A DNA stretch of 41,219 nucleotides from contig WELA01001939.1 in NCBI GenBank assembly GCA_009602735.1, forward strand, positions 860,629-901,847. Reading direction: 5' to 3'. The notes beneath the pieces were generated by a model. That model was given only the letters and a program-made list of their open reading frames with translations. It had not been told where the DNA came from and made no database searches. The first letter of the stretch is position 1. Every line of letters starts with the position of its first letter. The position numbers were made by a program, and so were the translations under genes. Origin of the DNA: Mesotaenium endlicherianum. Taxonomy: Eukaryota. Below, one piece after another: positions 33,601 to 41,219 of the stretch.

Positions 33601-36600
33601 CTCGAGTGCCTGCCTGTTGACGGCGCCCGTGCGTGCCTGCGTCGCATCTGCGCGTGCAATTTCACGCGCACGCTCTCACGCGTGTGTGTCCGTGTGCGTG
33701 TGTCTGTGGGCGTGCGCGCGTGCGACGGCGGGAGAGCGCAGTCGAAGGCGACGGCCTCTGCCCTCTGACCTCTGCCCTCTGGCCTCTGACCTCTTTATGG
33801 ACGACAATGTCGACGGGGGGGCGCAGTCGAAGGCGGCGGCCAAGACGGGCAACGCCAAGTACCAGTGGCAGATCATGCAGTCGCTGGGCATCTCCGACGA
33901 GGAGATTCTTAAATTCCGCGACCCCGCGCACTGGCTCGTCTACTTCCCGCCCCTCGCCATTGTCAGTGCCCTCCCGCTCTCCCGCTCTCCCGCTCTCCCG
34001 CTCTCCCGCTCTCCCGCTCTCCCGCTCTCCCGCCGCCCTCCCTCCCTCGCTTCCTTCCCTCGCTGCTTGCGCTTCGCCCCCTCACTCCCGTCCCCGTCGC
34101 TCCGCTAGACCTTGTTGCTCCTGGCCTTGGCTGGGAGCGAGCAGCCCTGTCCCAGCCTGACAGCCGAAACCTGACAACAATTGACTGACGCCATTGCACC
34201 CAACTGTTATCAAGGGGTGAAGGGGAGCTCTAGGCACGTTGGGCTTGAGGTTTCGGGTTTGACAAATAGGGCTTGACATTCAGGCCCGAGAATCTTAAGC
34301 TCCAAGGGGCCTGCATCCTCTCCAGCCTCTCTGAAAATCGGGGCAACCCCAGAGTTGGAGCAGTTGAGCCTAAACTTGCTCCTTAAACCCTGCCCCTACC
34401 CAGCGTCCGTATGTCCCCCTGCGCGAGGCTGGGAGCGCGCGCCTAGGGCATGGAGCCCCGTTGGTTCTTGCGTGCACCTTCTAATCACATATTTGCCCCA
34501 CTATCACTGGGAAGAGCAGCCCTACCCTCTCTCGCGCCTCCCGCAGCCCGCTCTGCCCGATACTTTTTTTGATGAAACCTGCACTCAATGCTGCATGCCT
34601 GCGGCTGGAGCTCAGCCGGGGCTTCGCTTTTGCCTCGACGTTTGCGCACTGCTGCTCCGCCCACTGTTCTGTGCCCCCCGCTTGCCAGCTCTGCTGCCAG
34701 CCCTCTTTGCTGCTCTCCCTGTCTCTGCTTACACCTTAAACTTTGTATTTAAATAATGTGCCTCTCCCGCACTCTACCTTGGCAGAGAGACACAGAGAGA
34801 GAGCGAGAGAAATAGAGTGAGGGAGGGAGTGTGTGATTGCCTCGCAAGCTTGCCCAGGTGGGGCTTGCTGCCAGCATAGGGCAGAGGGCAAGCTTGCCGG
34901 GGTTCCTTGTGTGTGGGGCTTATCCTGTGCGCGCTTTTTCATTCATTCGAAATCAAGTCAGAGCAGCTAGGGGTGAGGGGTCGGGCCTGCCACAAGCCTT
35001 GGTTGACAACTTCATTGGATGGGAGATGGGTCGTCTGAGTGTCATGCGGCGCCAGGTGTCGGGTCAGGTCAGCTGTGTAGGCGTGTCTCCGCATTCAGCT
35101 CAGGCAAACAGGGTTGGGGCCGGGGGCCTCTGGTTGTCGCGGAGGGGTAGCTACAGCACAGCCGTGTTGTGTGCACGCCTACACTTCTTTGCCGCTGCTC
35201 CTCCTCGTCCTCCTTCCCTGGCCCATGTTTGTCCCCAGGCTGAATCCATTGCCATGCGGGCGCACGGTCAGGTGTGATATTGATGAGGATCTCTCGAAGA
35301 TTGCAATTTCCTCCTATCGCCCTGCAAGCTCCCCCGCGCAGGCTATAGACGGAGGGGGCGCACGCTTGCACGCACGAAACCCTCGCATGCTTGGGGCTCC
35401 ACAAAGAGCCAGGCACCCGTACTCTCGCCGCCTGTCCTTGCCCCTCCTCGGCAACAACAGGGCCGGGACAGTTGTCACCTGCACGTCTTTAAGTGCGCAT
35501 TTCACTGACAGCTCATATTCGACTCCCTGCGGCTGTGGTTGCGGCTGCCCCTGCACCGGCGCTGGGTGCGTCATTGCTGCGGGCGTTGTCCGGTGTTGCT
35601 GCTGCGCGCGTCGGGTGTCGCTGCTGCGAGGGGTGCCAGGAGGACCTCAGGAGGCTGGGGCTGGGCGTGGACTGGCGGCGCTCCTTCATCACCACCGACT
35701 ACAACCCCTACTACGACTCCTTTGCCAGCTGGCACCTCTCCACGCTGCACAAAAAGGGCAAGGTACGGCTCCGACTCCCCCGAGGCGGCCGGTGCGGGGA
35801 GGTTTTGGAGGGGTGGGGATGCAGAAGGGGAAAGCGGAAGCGGAAGCGAGAGCGAGGGCGAGGGCGGGCGCAAAATTGGGACCTGAGGCGAGAGTCGGGT
35901 GGGGCTGAGGGTCTAGATGGGGATGGGGATGGGGATGGCGGTGCGGGTGGCGTGGGGGTGGGGGTGGAGGTGGGGTTAACAAGCGGGGGACTGGGGGTGG
36001 CAAGAAGCGTATTGCGTCCGGTGCTGGAATGCCTCGAGATTCATACACTTTGGGAGGTGCTCGAGGCCTGAGTGAGTGTGGTGCTATTTCTGATACCCGT
36101 TGGCTGCTGCTGCTACTGCTGCTGCAGCGCTGCACGTGCCGTGCTGCAGGGACTGCACTCCTTGGGCTATCATGCTCCGTCATTTGGTCCCTGTGTCTCT
36201 GTCTCTCTCTCTCTCCCCCCCTCTCCCTCTTGCGCTCTCTCTCTCCTCTTCTCCTTGCCTCTGTGTGTGTCTGGGTATATAGCTTGGCTTGCCAGAGCAG
36301 AGTACCCTAGCTGTAAATTACACCGATCAAACATGAGTTGTACACCTGGCGCTCCAGGTGGGAGCTGGCCTGTGACGATACTCGCTGCCCTGCCGAACAT
36401 CATCCTCCTAGATGCAACGCTCTTATTCGATCCGGGGAGACGTCTGACACCATAGTGGAGGGCCGGGGGGGGTGAGGGACATTTGGCAAGGACAGGTGGT
36501 GAAGGATCGGCGCTACACCATCTACTCCCCCCTTGATGGCCAGGTCTGTCTTTGCGCGCCTGCCTCAACACCTGCCTTCGGTTTCTGCTGCCCTCAACTT

Positions 36601-39600
36601 GCCACGTCGCTCTGCTGCCTGTGGGCCGTTTCCGCCAAGAGTAGTTTCTTTGTCGCACCAGTGAGCACGCTCGCGTGGGCGCGCTTGCAAACGCGCTCCC
36701 GTCTCACCAGACCTCGCAGATAACAAGCGCGGCCATGCTTGACCGGCTGACTCAAAGTTGAGCTCTCTTTCAACTGACGCATCTAGACTAGGCCGCCCAG
36801 TCGGGTTTGTGCACAGAGGAGCCTCTCTAAAGTCAGCCCCCCAGACGTCGTGCGCGGATGAGCGCGTGTAGACTTGTGCCCCCCCCCCCCCCGCGTATTG
36901 CAGCTCGCTGAAGGAAGTTGTGACGGTGTGCAGCTGCCGCGGTTGCCTGGTGCATGATGATCTGAAGCACCAGGGATGCGCAGCTTTGCATGCTTGCATG
37001 TGTGTCGGTGAATATGTATGTACGTGTGTGTGCAAGTATGTGTGTACGTACGTACGTGTATATGTATGCATGTATGTATAAGATGTACGTATGTATGTAT
37101 GTANTTGCGTCCGGTGCTGGAATGCCTCGAGATTCATACACTTTGGGAGGTGCTCGAGGCCTGAGTGAGTGTGGTGCTATTTCTGATACCCGTTGGCTGC
37201 TGCTGCTACTGCTGCTGCAGCGCTGCACGTGCCGTGCTGCAGGGACTGCACTCCTTGGGCTATCATGCTCCGTCATTTGGTCCCTGTGTCTCTGTCTCTC
37301 TCTCTCTCCCCCCCTCTCCCTCTTGCGCTCTCTCTCTCCTCTTCTCCTTGCCTCTGTGTGTGTCTGGGTATATAGCTTGGCTTGCCAGAGCAGAGTACCC
37401 TAGCTGTAAATTACACCGATCAAACATGAGTTGTACACCTGGCGCTCCAGGTGGGAGCTGGCCTGTGACGATACTCGCTGCCCTGCCGAACATCATCCTC
37501 CTAGATGCAACGCTCTTATTCGATCCGGGGAGACGTCTGACACCATAGTGGAGGGCCGGGGGGGGTGAGGGACATTTGGCAAGGACAGGTGGTGAAGGAT
37601 CGGCGCTACACCATCTACTCCCCCCTTGATGGCCAGGTCTGTCTTTGCGCGCCTGCCTCAACACCTGCCTTCGGTTTCTGCTGCCCTCAACTTGCCACGT
37701 CGCTCTGCTGCCTGTGGGCCGTTTCCGCCAAGAGTAGTTTCTTTGTCGCACCAGTGAGCACGCTCGCGTGGGCGCGCTTGCAAACGCGCTCCCGTCTCAC
37801 CAGACCTCGCAGATAACAAGCGCGGCCATGCTTGACCGGCTGACTCAAAGTTGAGCTCTCTTTCAACTGACGCATCTAGACTAGGCCGCCCAGTCGGGTT
37901 TGTGCACAGAGGAGCCTCTCTAAAGTCAGCCCCCCAGACGTCGTGCGCGGATGAGCGCGTGTAGACTTGTGCCCCCCCCCCCCCCGCGTATTGCAGCTCG
38001 CTGAAGGAAGTTGTGACGGTGTGCAGCTGCCGCGGTTGCCTGGTGCATGATGATCTGAAGCACCAGGGATGCGCAGCTTTGCATGCTTGCATGTGTGTCG
38101 GTGAATATGTATGTACGTGTGTGTGCAAGTATGTGTGTACGTACGTACGTGTATATGTATGCATGTATGTATAAGTATGTACGTATGTATGTATGTATGT
38201 ATGTATGTATGTATGTATGTATGTATGTATGTATGTATGTATACATCACCATGTCTCTGGGTACGGTGGGTGTCCTCAGCTGCATGATGCGGGTGGAGGT
38301 CTATCAGAAGCAGGCTTCTTCCTCAACCCCCTATCTCCTTCTCTCTCTGCCTGCCTGTTTCTGTCCCTGCCTGTGTGCGTGCGTACGTGCGTGTGCGCGC
38401 GCCTGTGCACGCGTTTGTGCATGTGTGTGTGCGTGTGTTTGTGCGTGTCTGCGTGCACGTGTGGCAGCCATGCGCGGACCACGACCGAGCCTCGGGCGAG
38501 GGGGTGCTGCCGCAGGAGTACACGCTCATCAAGATGCAGGTCGTCGCGCCCTTCTCCGGTACGAGCACCCCCATGAGAGAGGGCCCTGCCCCACAGCCTG
38601 AGAACCACGAAGCTCCTCTCGTTTGCTCTCGCTGCGATGTCTTGTGGCAACCCATCCGACCTATGAGTGCGCTCGTGAATGGGAGCACACTCTCTCCTGG
38701 AGTGAAATTGGGAGGCTTTGGCAGGCTTCTTCTTAGTGCCCCCCTTCCGAGCGCCCCCCTCCCCTCTGAAAGACCAGGCAAGCACGTTTGGTGCATGCAC
38801 CTGGCCTGCAGGCAAGCTGGAGGCGCTGGCGGGCAAGAGGGTGTACCTGGCCGCGGCGACGCTGCGACCGGAGACGATGTACGGGCAGACCAACGCGTGG
38901 GTGCTGCCAGATGGCCAGTACGGGGCCTTCCAGGTGTCGGAAGACGAGGTGTTTGTTGTCACAAGGCGCGCGGCAAACAACATGGCTTACCAGTTCCTTT
39001 CCACTGTGCGTAGTACCCCCTCCCCTCCTTCGCCCCGCCTCCCCATTCCCCCCTCCCCCTTGCGCCCCTTTCCCCTACACAAGAAGCCTACACCTTGAAC
39101 TGCTACCCAAAGTCTTACGTGCCTCCCCACCTTCCCGCCTCCCCTGCCTTCAAGTATGAGCCCAACCCACACTTCTCTTTACTATTCCCCTGGCGCTTCT
39201 GAGCGGTACGATGTGTGCTCATATGGAAGGTGCACATGCGAAGACACGGGACGAATAGGGGACCTCAGGCAGCTCGGGAACTTTGTGAGTGAGGAGAGGT
39301 AAAAGCCGCGCTTCAGCAGTTGAACGGGCTCCTCAAAACTTTGTAGTAAACTTCCGGTCCTCAAAATCGCTTCAGAGAAGCGTTGGGACTTTTGTGGCTC
39401 TGAACCTGCGGACCTTGTCTGCCCTGCCTGCCAACTCGTGTGCCTGTCCCACCCACCCATCCAAAATTCACCGGGGGCACGTACTTGCCCCGCCGGCAGT
39501 CGTGGGAGGGCCGTGAAGGATCCTCCCGCTGGCAAAGGAATGCTCCTCGATGCCGGCTCTCTCATGGCCCCTTCCACCTGGCCTTCTCTGCCCCCCCCCG

Positions 39601-40969
39601 ATGTTAGCGTGCATCCCCCTTGCGTGCTCTCTCCCTCCCCCTGGTGAAGTACGCGAAGCCCCGGCCAGGAACAAAATATAACGAGATTCAGAAGGCAGAG
39701 GGCAGCGCGTGAGTGGAGCTGGTGAGCTTGAACAGAAGGGACCGCCCCGAAGGGCTTGCATGTCTCTTCATCTGTTAGGGTGGCGCATGTACATGCAAGG
39801 ATGAGAAATTCAGCATTAACTCATTGTTCGGCAGTTTGTCTTCTTGTCCCTTCAAGGGCGTTGGCAAGCTGTCCGTAAGCTACACTCTAAAGCCCCCCCT
39901 TTCCGGTGTTTTAACTCCCCGTGAAAGAGCCCAGGGGCCCTCCCGTTCAGTATTTGGGAGTTGCGCGTCGATCCCCTGCTACGTCTGTAAGGAACAGCAT
40001 CTATGCGGCTAGGTGGCCAATCTTTGCTCTCTGCTTGAGGTGACATCATGCCCCTCACCCTTACTGTCACTCTCTTCCTGCAGAAAGAGAAGAGAACATG
40101 AACCCTGGTACCCCCGGGCTGCGCAACGAAAAGCTATAGTTGGCCCCCCCTTCCCACAGGCTCCCCTCCCCCCTACTTATCATTCCTCTCCCCTCCCCTC
40201 TTCTCCCTCCCTCCCCCTCCCCCTCCCCCCTCCTTCGTCCTCCTCCGCCTGGCGCAGGAGTGGGGCAAGCCGACGTGCCTGCTGGAGCTGACGGGGCACG
40301 ACCTCATAGGGCTGCCGCTCAAGTCGCCGCAGGCGGTGCACCCCGTCATCTACGCGCTGCCCATGCTCACCATCCTCACCGACAAGGGTAGCACCCCTAG
40401 CCCGCTCCATGCCCCCCTCCCCCTTCCCCTCCCCTCCTTTCCCCACTTCTGCCTGGAGTCTGCGCCCTCGCCCCACCTTGGTCTCTGCCCTCGGTGGTTT
40501 TCGGAGGGGTTGACGTGCGCCTGTGCCTGTGCAGTTTTTGCTCCCAGCTCCGTGGCTGTGTGAGGGGTCTTGTGAGTGTTTTTTTCAATTTTTGGAATGC
40601 TGGGGGCCCTAGAGGGGAGTCCTTGTTGCTCCTCGAGGTTTGTGCCCACTTGTGCGGCCTTCTCGCCTGTGGGCGAGAAGGCTTTCCCTTGCTTCTGCTG
40701 CTGCTGCTGCTGGAGCTGGTGCTGCTGCTGCTGCTGCTGGAGCTGGTGCTGCTGCTGCTGCTGCTGGAGCTGGTGCTGCTGCTGCTGCTTCACCCACACT
40801 GCAGGCGCTTCAGTCCTCGCTCATTCAGCGCAACTGGCGCTATAAGCTGACCTGTGTGCATGGCATGTGTGCGTGCGTGCGGCGGCGGCAGGTACTGGGA
40901 TCGTGACAAGTGTCCCCAGCGACGCGCCCGACGATTACATGGCCCTCCAGGACCTCAAGAGCAAGCCAG
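27924..40969 (+). CDS. LARS1: Cytosolic leucyl-tRNA synthetase, 5' part (11 exons; continues past the window)
   Basis: Exons: 27924-27953, 29257-29472, 31098-31184, 32943-33122, 33827-33961, 35640-35762, 36496-36543 (duplicated at 37589-37636), 38468-38558, 38812-39005, 40258-40387, 40892-40969. All GT-AG and phase-consistent. Motifs: [14 protein letters not shown] (HIGH), [66 protein letters not shown] (editing domain). Confidence 0.95.
28913..29217. repeat. Long imperfect (CA)n microsatellite
   Basis: Directly visible, in LeuRS intron 1. Confidence 0.95.
29952..30070 (+). ncRNA. Putative intronic box C/D snoRNA, copy 1
   Basis: 9-bp terminal stem GGGCCAAAG/CTTTGGCCC; box C-like GTGATGC; D'-like ATGA (29996-29999); internal hairpin; box D CTGA (30058-30061). 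Confidence 0.72.
30413..30527 (+). ncRNA. Putative intronic box C/D snoRNA, copy 2 (divergent)
   Basis: Same stem, ATGATGC, conserved AAAATTGAATGAAACAT, ATGA and CTGA. The internal hairpin has a different sequence but still pairs. Confidence 0.7.
31201..31294. repeat. ~15-bp minisatellite (GTGAACCCTGCATCC-like), ~6 units
   Basis: Repeated AACCCTGCATCC-like units just after LeuRS exon 3. Confidence 0.7.
32079..32195 (+). ncRNA. Putative intronic box C/D snoRNA, copy 3
   Basis: Near-identical to copy 1, located in LeuRS intron 3; 8-bp stem GGCCAAAG/CTTTGGCC. Confidence 0.7.
32481..32801. repeat. Degenerate ~50-bp minisatellite, ~6.5 units
   Basis: Unit starts at 32481, 32528, 32579, 32629, 32680, 32730 and 32780. 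Consensus approx. GCTCGAGTGTCGTAGAG..AGGCTGTTTGTCAGTGTCGTTAGTAT. Confidence 0.7.
33971..34032. repeat. (CTCCCGCT)n 8-mer tandem repeat
   Basis: Directly visible after LeuRS exon 5. Confidence 0.9.
36012..38197 (+). repeat. 1093-bp near-perfect tandem duplication including LeuRS exon 7 (probable assembly artefact)
   Basis: 36012-37103 is repeated at 37105-~38197 with a single N (37104) at the junction. Confidence 0.85.
38183..38243. repeat. (GTAT)n microsatellite
   Basis: Directly visible. Confidence 0.9.
40696..40789. repeat. Compound (CTG)n repeat with periodic GAGCTGGTG interruptions
   Basis: Directly visible, in LeuRS intron 10. Confidence 0.85.
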
Positions 40970-41219
40970 GTACTGTCACACAGCTCAAATCCCCCCCTTC
41001 CCCCCGGGTGCCTCCCCCCCCCTCCCCTTTTGTGGTGTGCCTTATCCGCTCATCTCTGCAGGGTCACTTATTTTCTTGCTTGTTGCTTTTTCCTGAGGTG
41101 CTGTGTAATTCCTTGCGCCTGTGCTGATTTGAGCTCACAGTACGCACTTTCTCTCCTCGTCTTTGAGGAGCCACCGTAAGCCATTGGAGCTGGGGCATTT
41201 GCCCCTCCACCCCCCCCCC

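Noticed and set aside
35280..35510. TGATGA...CTGA pair in LeuRS intron 5 as another snoRNA
   Set aside because: No proper terminal stem outside the boxes and no recognisable guide.

Overview
Eukaryotic nuclear DNA, probably from a green plant-lineage organism (inferred: streptophyte alga, from the plant-type ABCG and cytosolic LeuRS plus long GC/microsatellite-rich introns). The left third is a three-layer transposon nest. A decayed piggyBac-family transposase gene (~265-12343) is split by a full-length Ty3/Gypsy chromovirus (1162-11428, TSD GTATG), whose 3' LTR is in turn split by a 503-bp solo LTR (10638-11140, TSD CCAAC). The chromovirus has a -1 frameshift gag-pol junction with an elaborate predicted pseudoknot, a duplicated polypurine tract, and two unexplained extra ORFs between pol and the 3' LTR. 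The rest is a 13-exon half-size ABCG transporter gene (minus strand, 26209-14185) and a divergent cytosolic leucyl-tRNA synthetase gene (plus strand, from 27924, running off the window). LeuRS introns 2-3 host three copies of a putative box C/D snoRNA with a 13-14 nt guide matching (from memory) green-algal 18S rRNA. A 1093-bp tandem duplication joined by a single N is probably an assembly artefact. All calls were made by eye, with no database searches.
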